A stretch of 64,000 nucleotides of DNA. It comes from an uncultured Candidatus Poseidoniales archaeon (GTDB taxonomy: Archaea > Thermoplasmatota > Poseidoniia > Poseidoniales > Thalassarchaeaceae). The DNA lies in NCBI GenBank assembly GCA_964556195.1, contig CAZKVK010000004.1, positions 375 through 64,374 of the forward strand, given 5' to 3'. Each line of letters begins with the position of its first letter. Positions within the stretch are counted from its first letter, which is position 1. This document shows positions 55,499-63,950 of this stretch, piece after piece. The notes under the pieces were generated by a model. That model was not told where the DNA came from. It saw nothing but the letters and a program-made list of their open reading frames with translations, and searched no databases. A program made the translations under genes and the position numbers.

Positions 55499-56785
55499 AT
55501 GTCAGGCGGTCAGCATTCAGGAAAAATCGGCTCGCGCCGATACACCAATGCTTGGTTGATGGACCATGTTTGTAGTCCTCAGCACGGTGATTTCGTACTC
55601 CATGAAGATGGTTCATGGTCGGCCAGTAAAGGTGATGAGGATGTTATCGAAAGTATTGATGGAACTGGGCGAATCATAACTCGTTCTTTCCAAAATTGGC
55701 ACACTCATCTTGCTATGATTCTCAATCGTGGAATGGGTGAAGGATTGCCTTTGATGGAATGGCTTGAAACCTCTATATTTCCAGTTGAGAAGAACCTCAC
55801 AAAAGAGCTTGTTGAGGTTGGAACTCGTGCCGCTGCAGCAGAGATGATTGCCACAGGAACAACCTACGCCTGTGACATGTATTTCCATACTGAAACCATT
55901 GGAGAGACACTTGCAGAAACGGGAGTGAGAGCTACGCTTTGTGGTCCGATTACCGATGGTTTGACACCTAATTTCAAGCCGGGGTCAGGAGATGCGTTAC
56001 GACATATGGAGAGTCTGATTACTGGCACCTCGCCAAGACCAGAGAGAATCGAATATGGAGTGGGTACTCATTCCGTCTATGTTTGTGATGAAGAAATTTT
56101 ACTCAAGGGTTCAGAATTAGCAAAGAAGACTGGGTCAATGATACACATCCATACTTCTGAGACTCGTAAGGAGGTAGCAGACTGTCACGCTGAGCATGGA
56201 ATGTACCCAATCGAATACCTCGACTCTCTAGGCTATTTCCAGAGCGCAGACGAAGGAGGCACTGTTTGTGCTCACTGTGGTTGGGTGACGAAGAAGGAGA
56301 TGAGAATACTCGCTGGACATGAAGCGCACGCAGTCCACTGTCCAACCTCAAACCAGAAGTTGGCTTGTGGTGGAACAATGTCCTACCCAGCGATGAAGGA
56401 TGCAGCGGTGGATGTTCGCTTGGGAACTGATGGTTCAGCAAGCAACAACTCACTTGACATGCGAGCTGAAGCAAAAGCTGCTAGTTTGGTTCAGAAGCAT
56501 GACCATTGGAATGCCCGAGTTCTTAATCCTGAAGAAACTTGGAAATTGGCCACAAAGGGTTCCTGTGATTGGATTACTTGGGATCTCAATGACATTCGGA
56601 TGGCACCCCTTGGAAGGGATGGAAGGAGACTTCTGCCTAACCTGCTATATTCAGGAGGTAAAGTGATGGATGTCTTCGTCGAGGGGGAGGCTCTGAGGCG
56701 GGATGGAACTACGCTAACCGTGGATGAGCATAATGCTAGGGAATCTCTCAATGAGGCTGTAATCGATTATTGCAGCGAAATATGA
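55499..56785 (+). CDS. Amidohydrolase, 5-methylthioadenosine/S-adenosylhomocysteine deaminase-like
   Basis: Metal ligand motifs are NWHTHLAM (HxH), HIHTSETRKEV, HC, and GTDGSASNNSLDM. Confidence 0.78.
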   Translation: MSGGQHSGKIGSRRYTNAWLMDHVCSPQHGDFVLHEDGSWSASKGDEDVIESIDGTGRIITRSFQNWHTHLAMILNRGMGEGLPLMEWLETSIFPVEKNLTKELVEVGTRAAAAEMIATGTTYACDMYFHTETIGETLAETGVRATLCGPITDGLTPNFKPGSGDALRHMESLITGTSPRPERIEYGVGTHSVYVCDEEILLKGSELAKKTGSMIHIHTSETRKEVADCHAEHGMYPIEYLDSLGYFQSADEGGTVCAHCGWVTKKEMRILAGHEAHAVHCPTSNQKLACGGTMSYPAMKDAAVDVRLGTDGSASNNSLDMRAEAKAASLVQKHDHWNARVLNPEETWKLATKGSCDWITWDLNDIRMAPLGRDGRRLLPNLLYSGGKVMDVFVEGEALRRDGTTLTVDEHNARESLNEAVIDYCSEI

Positions 56786-56813
56786 AGAACAGTTTGGTAA
56801 AATAGAATTTCAA

Positions 56814-56909
56814 TTATCCATAGAGAAAATTACCAACCATGAACGCAATGCTGAAGACAATCAATGGTATGACAGTCAGCCACAGCAACATCTTCTCATT
56901 ATCATCCAT
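56814..56909 (-). CDS. Candidate 31-aa single-TM micro-ORF downstream of the CAX gene
   Basis: Hand translation gives MDDNEKMLLWLTVIPLIVFSIAFMVGNFLYG. It starts 24 nt after the CAX stop on the same strand. I see no clear Shine-Dalgarno sequence, so it could be chance. Confidence 0.2.
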   Translation of the reverse strand: MDDNEKMLLWLTVIPLIVFSIAFMVGNFLYG

Positions 56910-56933
56910 ACATACCCATCCTAACTCTTTGAT

Positions 56934-58073
56934 TCAAGGATGAACTAGGAAGGCGGCACCAAGAACAACATAGGTTCCCAGCAGAAGTGCACCTTCAAGC
57001 CAATTCGATTTACCATCAGCTGCAATGACATTGACGATCAGTACAGAAAGGAAAGCCGCCACAGTTTCTAGCATTCCAAATTCAAAGGTAAGTGGTACGT
57101 TCATTGCCCATGCAACAAGAATCATTACTGGAGCAACAAATACCGCTATTTGTGTTGAGGAACCCATGGAAATAGCAAATGAAAGGTCCATCTTGTCCTT
57201 GCCTGCAACTACCACGGCGGTGAAGTGCTCGGCCGCGTTACCGAATAAAGGAAGCAAGATAACTCCGATGAACAAGTGAGGTAGCCCCATATCGTCGGCT
57301 GCATACTCTACAGAGTGAACTAGAACCTCTGCCATCCAAGACACTAGGATAGTAGCTACAACGAGAAGAATGATGGCATCTCGCTTAGTCATCTCAGGAG
57401 ACTCATGGTGATGTGTATCTGTTGCGAATAGATCCACATGAGACTTGAACTGGAAGTAAAGGAATAATCCGTAGAGCAGAAGCAAAACAATTGCCGCAAT
57501 GTGACTTAGTTTCTCGACTCCTTCTTCCCCTTCGGAGCCACCAACGGTTGAGTTGAATACGGTTGGAATTATTAGCACAATCATAGCTAACAACATCAGT
57601 GAACCATTGGAACTTACCTGAGTATCAGAGAATCTTTGCTCAGAGTAATTGATTCCGCCCCATAAAAATGCAAGACCCATGACGAGGAGCAAATTTCCAA
57701 GAATGCTACCGATTAGGCTGGCCTGTACTAGGCCAACCATGAGTGTCTCTGTAGGGCTTCCAGAGGCTGCTTGGGATGCTGTATATATTGCCAGTAAAGC
57801 GATAATCATCTCAGCTGCATTACCAAACGTTGCATTGAGTAAGCCACCTAATGATTCTGAGGTGTATAGTGCAATTTCTTCAGTAGCCCTACCCATCAAA
57901 AAGGCAAGAGGCATGATTGCAACAAGAGATGCGGCGAACGCCATAGATTCATCTTTGGAAACATATGCAAAATAGCAAGTAGCAGGAATTGCAAGAAGCA
58001 GAATGTTCAACTTATTTTCAGCTGGGGAAAATGCTCCAAGCACGCTTACATGTCCGGTCTCAGTATCACTCAT
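56934..58073 (-). CDS. Ca2+/H+ antiporter (CaCA/CAX family)
   Basis: The two alpha-repeat motifs are GNAAEMIIALLA and GNAAEHFTAVVVA, in a protein of about 11 TM helices. The start is placed at the ATG at 58073 (MSDTETGH). The track ORF to 58193 would overlap the divergent kinase gene. Confidence 0.85.
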   Translation of the reverse strand: MSDTETGHVSVLGAFSPAENKLNILLLAIPATCYFAYVSKDESMAFAASLVAIMPLAFLMGRATEEIALYTSESLGGLLNATFGNAAEMIIALLAIYTASQAASGSPTETLMVGLVQASLIGSILGNLLLVMGLAFLWGGINYSEQRFSDTQVSSNGSLMLLAMIVLIIPTVFNSTVGGSEGEEGVEKLSHIAAIVLLLLYGLFLYFQFKSHVDLFATDTHHHESPEMTKRDAIILLVVATILVSWMAEVLVHSVEYAADDMGLPHLFIGVILLPLFGNAAEHFTAVVVAGKDKMDLSFAISMGSSTQIAVFVAPVMILVAWAMNVPLTFEFGMLETVAAFLSVLIVNVIAADGKSNWLEGALLLGTYVVLGAAFLVHP

Positions 58074-58156
58074 AGAGGTCCGGCAGAGCTTTCGATGGGT
58101 CAATGTTGCGCCTCCGATGCGGAGTGTTATTGGGTTAATAACCCACCCGTGAATAC

Positions 58157-58687
58157 ATGGAAGGCACCTACAGGCTGGCCCTATCGGGCACACCTGGCTC
58201 CGGCAAATCGACCGTGGCGGGCTTGCTTGCTAAGCACGGTTTGAGTGTCTCAAGAATTGAAGAGTTGGCTGAGCAAGCCGGCGCTCTGGAAGAAGTGGAT
58301 ACAACCGATGGGGCTCATCCTGTTGATATGGAAATTCTATTACAATACATCAATAGGAAATGGCATTCGGCTCCTTTGGAGCCGAAAATTATCGATGGGC
58401 ATCTATCACACAACCTTCCGGTAGATGCGGTTGTGGTCCTTCGATGCAACCCGGAAATTATTCGTGGACGCCTAAACGAACGAGGTTATCCGGAGGCTAA
58501 GGTAGAGGCAAATGTAGAGTGGGAATTACTCGGCGGGGCTTGGAATGAGAAGGAGAATGATGCCCCTTGGGTTGAGTTCGATACTTCGGAATTTCGATCC
58601 GAGGTTATTGTTGCAAATATTCTCAGTTGGATTTCAGATGGCTTCAAACCGACTAGCCCTAAGGAAGTAATCGACTGGGTGGGCTGA
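58157..58687 (+). CDS. Fap7/adenylate kinase isoenzyme 6-type NTPase (small-subunit rRNA maturation factor)
   Basis: It has the P-loop LSGTPGSGKST, plus IIDGHLSH and VVVLRCNPEIIRGRLNERGY, which match the archaeal AK6/Fap7 pattern. Confidence 0.72.
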   Translation: MEGTYRLALSGTPGSGKSTVAGLLAKHGLSVSRIEELAEQAGALEEVDTTDGAHPVDMEILLQYINRKWHSAPLEPKIIDGHLSHNLPVDAVVVLRCNPEIIRGRLNERGYPEAKVEANVEWELLGGAWNEKENDAPWVEFDTSEFRSEVIVANILSWISDGFKPTSPKEVIDWVG

Positions 58688-59367
58688 TGTTCGAAAAAAT
58701 GCGCGACACTTGGACCAAGATGGTTCAACCTTTAGTCGTCAGAATGGGCGGCCTTGACCCTAGTGTTTTGACTTGGACTTCATTGGCTATCTCAATCGTC
58801 TCATTCTACCTAATCGCGGTCTCTGAATCCAATAGTGAAGGAGCGATGATGATTACTGGTGCAGTAGCGCTCGTCCTAATCGCTGGCATTTTCGATGCGC
58901 TCGATGGTGCATTAGCCAGACATCAAGGAACTGCTGGACCCTACGGAGATTTCCTCGACCACACCATCGATCGTGTGGTCGATGTTGGTTTGGTAGTCGC
59001 CATTGGTTACAACTCGGCGTATGTCGTTGACCCGATGGCTGGGTGGGCTGCTGCCTTGCTGACTTTGCTCGGTTCATACATGGGAACACAAGCACAGTCT
59101 GTTGGGCTCGGCAGACTCTACGGAGGCTTCAGCCGAGCCGACCGATTGGTGGTAACTCTGTCCGGCCTTCTGTGGGCTGCTTGGCAGGCCGGCTCAGGTG
59201 GATCGGGATTCGATATCTTATCAATCCACGAATATGCACACTGGGTATTGTTAGGGAATGCCGAATTGAACGGTATGACTCTGGCTCTCGCAGTATCATT
59301 CTGGGGTGGGGTATACACTTTCCTAGTTCGATTCATGGAAACTCGAAAACAACTTTTGGCAAACTGA
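58687..59367 (+). CDS. CDP-alcohol phosphatidyltransferase (archaeal lipid head-group transferase)
   Basis: The signature is DALDGALARHQGTAGPYGDFLDHTIDRVVD (DGx2ARx8Gx3Dx3D). The protein has multiple TM helices. Its ATG overlaps the upstream TGA (TGATG). Confidence 0.85.
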   Translation: MFEKMRDTWTKMVQPLVVRMGGLDPSVLTWTSLAISIVSFYLIAVSESNSEGAMMITGAVALVLIAGIFDALDGALARHQGTAGPYGDFLDHTIDRVVDVGLVVAIGYNSAYVVDPMAGWAAALLTLLGSYMGTQAQSVGLGRLYGGFSRADRLVVTLSGLLWAAWQAGSGGSGFDILSIHEYAHWVLLGNAELNGMTLALAVSFWGGVYTFLVRFMETRKQLLAN

Positions 59368-59445
59368 TTAGGGGTTGCAGAATGAGCCCATAGGGCTCAA
59401 TGGCTACGGCAAGCATTATCCTTGCTTGGATGGCCAGCGTTACGT

Positions 59446-60564
59446 ATGAAGCACCTTATCGATCGAGTATTGGAGCTTCAGGATGGGGAAGAATCACCGG
59501 CTGCGCCGGTTGTGACGGAGACTGATCCTGAACTGAAAACGCTACTGAAATCACTACAACCACGAATCCGTGTATTCGGTTGTGGTGGCTGCGGTTCAAA
59601 CACCGTGGCTAGACTGGAAATGGAAGGCCTGTTCGATGGCGAATATGTCCGTGGAATGGCAATCAACACCGACGCACAACACCTGCTAAGGGTCGGCGTC
59701 GACAACAAGGTGCTCATCGGTCGAAGCGCCAGAGGTCGAGGTGCCGGTGGCGACCCCGAGAAAGGGGAGCAAGCCGCATTCGAATCTGAGAAGGCTCTCA
59801 AGAAAGAGGTCGAAAATTGCGACCTTGCCTTCATCACCGCTGGATTGGGTGGTGGAACGGGAACCGGTTCGGCTCACGTCATTGCTCGTCTGGCCCGAGC
59901 AGAAGGGGCTCTAACGATTGCTGTGGTGACCTACCCCTTCCTCTCCGAAGGTGCTCTTCGTAGACAGAATGCCGAGTGGGGATTGGAGAGATTGCGCGAA
60001 GTTTGTGACACGGTTGTGGTGCTTCCAAACGAGCGCTTGCTGGAAGTCGAAGGAGTGCGTGACTTACCATTGGACGCGGCTTTCAGAGTCGCAGATGAAT
60101 TGTTGATGAGATCGATTGCTGGAGTATCTGAGATGATTTCAAAGGAGGGAGTCGTCAATCTGGACTTCCAAGACCTAAGATCTGTAATGGAAAATGGTGG
60201 TGGAGTTGCAATGATTGGCCTTGGAGAAGCAAGAGGCGAAGATTGTGCCGAGAAGGCAACCGACGAGGCGCTAGAATCTCCATTGTTGGACATCGATATC
60301 TCAGATGCTAGAGGCGCCCTTGTCAACGTAGTTGGAGGTCCAACTTTATCGTTGGGAGACGCAGAGAAATGTGCTCAATTGATTCGAGATAGAATCAATC
60401 CGTATGCTCGAATTATTTGGGGAGCTACTACTGATGAATCGATGGGGGATGAAATTCGAGTATTGCTGGTACTTACCGGAGTCAAATCTGATCAAATACA
60501 TGGAGCCGCACTGCATACACAGATGCGAAACTTTCGAACTAGTACTGTAGAATTCGTCAACTGA
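59446..60564 (+). CDS. ftsZ: Cell division GTPase FtsZ (paralog B, in the ftsZ-secE-spt5 context)
   Basis: Motifs include IRVFGCGGCGSNTVARL, GRGAGGDPEKGEQAA, AGLGGGTGTGSAHVIARLA, and NLDFQDLRSVM. The first ATG is at 59446; the track start at 59422 is TTG. Confidence 0.92.
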   Translation: MKHLIDRVLELQDGEESPAAPVVTETDPELKTLLKSLQPRIRVFGCGGCGSNTVARLEMEGLFDGEYVRGMAINTDAQHLLRVGVDNKVLIGRSARGRGAGGDPEKGEQAAFESEKALKKEVENCDLAFITAGLGGGTGTGSAHVIARLARAEGALTIAVVTYPFLSEGALRRQNAEWGLERLREVCDTVVVLPNERLLEVEGVRDLPLDAAFRVADELLMRSIAGVSEMISKEGVVNLDFQDLRSVMENGGGVAMIGLGEARGEDCAEKATDEALESPLLDIDISDARGALVNVVGGPTLSLGDAEKCAQLIRDRINPYARIIWGATTDESMGDEIRVLLVLTGVKSDQIHGAALHTQMRNFRTSTVEFVN

Positions 60565-60594
60565 TTATAGTCGATTGAAAGTATATTCGCAAAT

Positions 60595-60612
60595 CGAACC
60601 CTTTGGGGTTCG
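60595..60612 (+). terminator. 7-bp hairpin (CGAACCC-tttg-GGGTTCG) 30 nt after the ftsZ stop
   Basis: It is a perfect inverted repeat read directly from the sequence. A terminator role is inferred. Confidence 0.25.
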
Positions 60613-60667
60613 CCCGTCGTGCTTAAAGAGGGATGGTTGGTCGCCGAGTCGCAATTGAGGAAGAGTC

Positions 60668-60934
60668 ATGGCTATTGAGAACTCAGATGTTGGCGCTATC
60701 GAGCAAACTGCACAGAGGTTGCAGGATGACATAGAGGAGAGAGTCCGCCGAGTGCAAACCGGCTCCATGGCTCGTATCCTAAAGATGGCTAGAAAACCCT
60801 CCAAGCAAGAATTCCGTCAGACTGTAATCGTCTGTGGAATAGGAATGTTTGTTCTTGGTGCAATTGGCTTCCTTATGCTTTGGCTGATGGATAACGCCCT
60901 ACCGGTGTTCTTCGATTGGCTAACTAGCTCCTGA
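60668..60934 (+). CDS. secE: Preprotein translocase subunit SecE (Sec61-gamma)
   Basis: ILKMARKPSKQEFRQTVIVCGIGMFVLGAIGFLMLWLM is the SecE core plus its TM helix. TGAGGAAG lies upstream of the ATG at 60668, giving an N-terminal extension of about 33 aa. An alternative internal Met is at 60767. Confidence 0.8.
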   Translation: MAIENSDVGAIEQTAQRLQDDIEERVRRVQTGSMARILKMARKPSKQEFRQTVIVCGIGMFVLGAIGFLMLWLMDNALPVFFDWLTSS

Positions 60935-60944
60935 GGTAAGATAC

Positions 60945-61844
60945 ATGTCTGATGCATTCGTAGTCTATATTCGCCAAGGCGAGAAGGTTCTGATTATGCA
61001 GCGAGCCGATGAGGTCGCTGACTTCCCTGGTGCTTGGGATGGTGTATACGGAATAGGAGATCCAGAGGATATCGACGCTGTAACCACTAGAATTACCGAG
61101 TGTACAGGAATTCCTTCTGATGCTCTACAATACGTTCGCTCAGGTCCTGCAAGAGGGCTTGCATTCGGAAACCGCCTGAATGATGTGACTCCCTTACTGT
61201 TCATCGCCGAAAGTGATGAGGTCACTCCACGAACCATCTACAAGAATCACAGTTGGGTTGACCCAGCCTACATTGGAAACTACGAATCAGAACACAGTGA
61301 AGGAACCGGCGCCAAGCGATTTGCAATACCACAAATCGACGCTATGTATGGTGACGTCGCCACTTTCCTTTACATCCTAAAGACCAGTATCGGTCAGGAG
61401 GAGAATGTTGCCAAGGAGATTCGCGCTAGACTTTCTGGTACAGGTTCCCTGAAGGACATTCAAGACGAGATCTTTGGGGTATTAGTTCCGGGCCATGTAC
61501 GTGGCTACATTTTCGTAGAGGCATCCGCACTTCATCACGTTGAGAAGTTGATTGGGATGGTTGGTATGACCACGACTCGCCTGAAGAATTGCAGAAAGGT
61601 GCTTCCGGGTGTTTCACCTCTCGAAAACACACTTTCCTACCTTGAGCCTAAGGCGGCAACCGCTGGTATTGAGGAAGGTTGTATAATCGAAATCAGCGGT
61701 GGCGCATTCAAGGGTCAGGCTGCCCGCGTTATCCGTGTTACAGAATCAAAGGAAGAAGTCACTGTCGAACTCTTCGAAGCGGCTGTACCAGTAGCTCTGA
61801 CCGTGCGCGCGGACCAAGTTCGAGTAACTCAGCGCGTCGAGTGA
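60945..61844 (+). CDS. spt5: Transcription elongation factor Spt5 (NusG) with an N-terminal Nudix-fold-like extension
   Basis: The C-terminal 165 aa form the NGN domain (FLYILKTSIGQEENVAKEI...VRGYIFVEA) and the KOW domain (GCIIEISGGAFKGQAARVIRV). Residues 1-133 look like a Nudix fold with a degenerate box. GAGGT lies 7 nt upstream of the ATG at 60945, and no stop codon precedes the NGN domain. Confidence 0.85.
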   Translation: MSDAFVVYIRQGEKVLIMQRADEVADFPGAWDGVYGIGDPEDIDAVTTRITECTGIPSDALQYVRSGPARGLAFGNRLNDVTPLLFIAESDEVTPRTIYKNHSWVDPAYIGNYESEHSEGTGAKRFAIPQIDAMYGDVATFLYILKTSIGQEENVAKEIRARLSGTGSLKDIQDEIFGVLVPGHVRGYIFVEASALHHVEKLIGMVGMTTTRLKNCRKVLPGVSPLENTLSYLEPKAATAGIEEGCIIEISGGAFKGQAARVIRVTESKEEVTVELFEAAVPVALTVRADQVRVTQRVE

Positions 61845-61930
61845 GAAGAATCAGGAGAAATTGGAGGTCTGTCACCACGCTCAAATAGGGAGAGCAGGTC
61901 GGCGGGGCACTTCAGTAGGGGGTAAAGAGC

Positions 61931-62209
61931 ATGTCAGCACGTAACGAGACACCTCACGTGATTCTGCAGACCCTCGGTCAGAAGAAGTGTAACGGAAGTT
62001 GGGACGCATCCACTGAGAACCTATCAATGGACCAAGTCAAGCAGGTTGCTGACAAACAGAAGGGCCGCTTGACAGGTGCAACATTATACGCGCGCTCGCG
62101 TGAGGTTATGGGAACTTGCGTAGCAATGCGCATTAAGGTCGAAGGCATGGAGCCTAAGGCCGCATTACAAGCAATGAAAGAAGGGAGATTCGACGAGCAT
62201 TTTGAGTGA
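61931..62209 (+). CDS. rpl11: 50S ribosomal protein L11, C-terminal (rRNA-binding) domain only
   Basis: 92 aa. TPHVILQTLGQKKCNGSW...LSMDQVKQVADKQKGRL...EVMGTCVAMRIKVEG aligns by eye to the L11 linker plus C-terminal domain. It is in the canonical position between spt5 and L1. GGGGGT lies 7 nt upstream of the ATG. An in-frame stop is at 61916, and no N-terminal-domain coding sequence is present upstream. Confidence 0.7.
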   Translation: MSARNETPHVILQTLGQKKCNGSWDASTENLSMDQVKQVADKQKGRLTGATLYARSREVMGTCVAMRIKVEGMEPKAALQAMKEGRFDEHFE

Positions 62210-62262
62210 AAAATCACGAATTGCGGGAGAGGGAAACCTCGCTGACCGCAGAGGTGAAGAAT

Positions 62263-62907
62263 ATGAGAGAAAATATCCAGACAGCAATTGAAGAAGCCTT
62301 GAACAGTGCTCCTGAGCGCAAGTTCATCGAGACCGTTGAGTTTTCGTTTAACTTGAAGGACATCGATCTGAAGAATCCAGCAAACCGTATCCAAGAGGAG
62401 ATTCGTCTTCCCGCGGGCCGGGGAAAACCGGTCAAGATAGCCATGTTCGCCGGTGGCGAAATGGCAACCAAAGCCAGAGCTGCTGGAATCGATATCATCG
62501 ACCCTGCAACTATCGAGGATCTGGGTGGCAACCGTCAACGGGCTCGTAAGTTGGCAAATAGCGTCGACTTCTTCCTCGCAGAGATACCACACATGGGAAC
62601 TGTTGGTAGATTCCTAGGTGTGGTTCTCGGTCCTCGTGGTAAGATGCCACGACCGGTTCCCCCTACTCTTGACCCCGCAATGGTTGCAGCCGGTCTGAAA
62701 GACACAGCGGTTGTTCGCTCAAGAGACAATATGACATTCCACAGCCCAATGGGCTCTCGAGAGCAAAGTCTCGACGATTTAACTAACAATGCAATGGCAA
62801 TCTGGAGTCGTGTTACTGGAAAACTAGAGCGTGGTGCTGGAAATATCCGTTCTTGCTACATCAAGACCTCAATGGGTCCCTCGATTAAGGTAGAGGTGAT
62901 TGAATGA
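62263..62907 (+). CDS. rpl1: 50S ribosomal protein L1
   Basis: FIETVEFSFNLKDIDLKNPANRIQEEIRLP and GKMPRPVPP are L1 signatures. The ATG at 62263 is preceded by GAGGTGA at 5-nt spacing. The track ORF opens at 62206. Confidence 0.92.
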   Translation: MRENIQTAIEEALNSAPERKFIETVEFSFNLKDIDLKNPANRIQEEIRLPAGRGKPVKIAMFAGGEMATKARAAGIDIIDPATIEDLGGNRQRARKLANSVDFFLAEIPHMGTVGRFLGVVLGPRGKMPRPVPPTLDPAMVAAGLKDTAVVRSRDNMTFHSPMGSREQSLDDLTNNAMAIWSRVTGKLERGAGNIRSCYIKTSMGPSIKVEVIE

Positions 62908-63929
62908 TTGAGCCAAAAGTAGCCTCGTGGAAGCGTGACCGTGTTGGAGAACTTGCTGCGATCCTAACCTCTGATGGAGTTCTTGGGATTGTCGACATTG
63001 GCGGAGTACCTGCAAAGAATATGCTAAGTATGCGCGATGATTTACGTAGTAATCTATCGATAACAATGGCAAAGAAGACCTTGATACGCCTCGCTTGGGA
63101 GCAAACCGGTCGACCGAGCGAAGACCTAGAATCACTCCTTGAAGGAGCGGTACAACCTGCTATCGTTCACACTAATTCGATGAATGCCTTCCAACTATAC
63201 TCCGAACTAGAAAAGACAAAACAAGGTCGTGCGGCCAAGGAAGGAGAAGTTGCTCCAATGGACATTGTAGTCGAGGCGGGACCAACCGAATTCGGGCCAG
63301 GTCCGATCGTTGGTGAGTTCAACGCTGTTGGAATCCCCGCAAAAATTGACAAGGGTAAGGTCGCCATTCAGAAGACTACTACTGTTGTCAACAAGGGTGA
63401 ATCGATTTCCGCAGATCTCGGAATCATGCTTTCCAAATTGAATATCAATCCAATCGAAATTGGAATCATCCTAACTGGAGCGATTGAGGACGGCTTCCTA
63501 TTCGAAGGCGATTCACTAGATCTAGACACAGATGGATTCCGCTCGGATATTATTACCGCGACTTCGGGCGCGTTCAACCTTGCCTGCAACATTCGCTGGT
63601 TCTCTTCACAGACGATGCCCACCCTACTCGCGAAGGCGAGTGGAGAGGCAACATCTGTCGCTGTGGAAGCGGGCATCTCCAACGATGTCACGATTCCACT
63701 ATTCATTTCGCGTGCAAACGCACGCGCGCTGGCCTTGGCAGGTCAGCTAGATTCCTCTGCGCTTGACGATGAGTTGGCGGCAGCACTAGGTGCTGCTGCT
63801 AGCGCCGTTGTAAGCGCTCCTGCTGCAACCTCCGATGCAGCAGAATCCGCCGAGGAAGCTTCGGCAGAAGAGGAAGAGGAGGAAGAAGAGGAAGCAGAGT
63901 TCGGTGGACTCGGCGATCTCTTCGGCTGA
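62904..63929 (+). CDS. rpl10: 50S ribosomal protein L10 (acidic stalk protein P0)
   Basis: The N-terminal segment is WKRDRVGELAAIL...MAKKTLIRLA. The C-terminal stalk tail is Ala-rich and ends EEEEEEEEEAEFGGLGDLFG. GAGGTGAT lies upstream of the ATG. Confidence 0.92.
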   Translation: MIEPKVASWKRDRVGELAAILTSDGVLGIVDIGGVPAKNMLSMRDDLRSNLSITMAKKTLIRLAWEQTGRPSEDLESLLEGAVQPAIVHTNSMNAFQLYSELEKTKQGRAAKEGEVAPMDIVVEAGPTEFGPGPIVGEFNAVGIPAKIDKGKVAIQKTTTVVNKGESISADLGIMLSKLNINPIEIGIILTGAIEDGFLFEGDSLDLDTDGFRSDIITATSGAFNLACNIRWFSSQTMPTLLAKASGEATSVAVEAGISNDVTIPLFISRANARALALAGQLDSSALDDELAAALGAAASAVVSAPAATSDAAESAEEASAEEEEEEEEEAEFGGLGDLFG

Positions 63930-63950
63930 AAAAAAATAGGTGAGAAAAAT

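Noticed and set aside
60565-60804. 79-aa minus-strand ORF across the ftsZ-secE spacer and secE.
   Set aside because: It is antisense to secE, which has a clear core motif and ribosome-binding site. The ORF itself has no motif.
63845-63900. GAA/GAG-rich purine run.
   Set aside because: It encodes the poly-Glu stalk tail of ribosomal protein P0, a normal feature.
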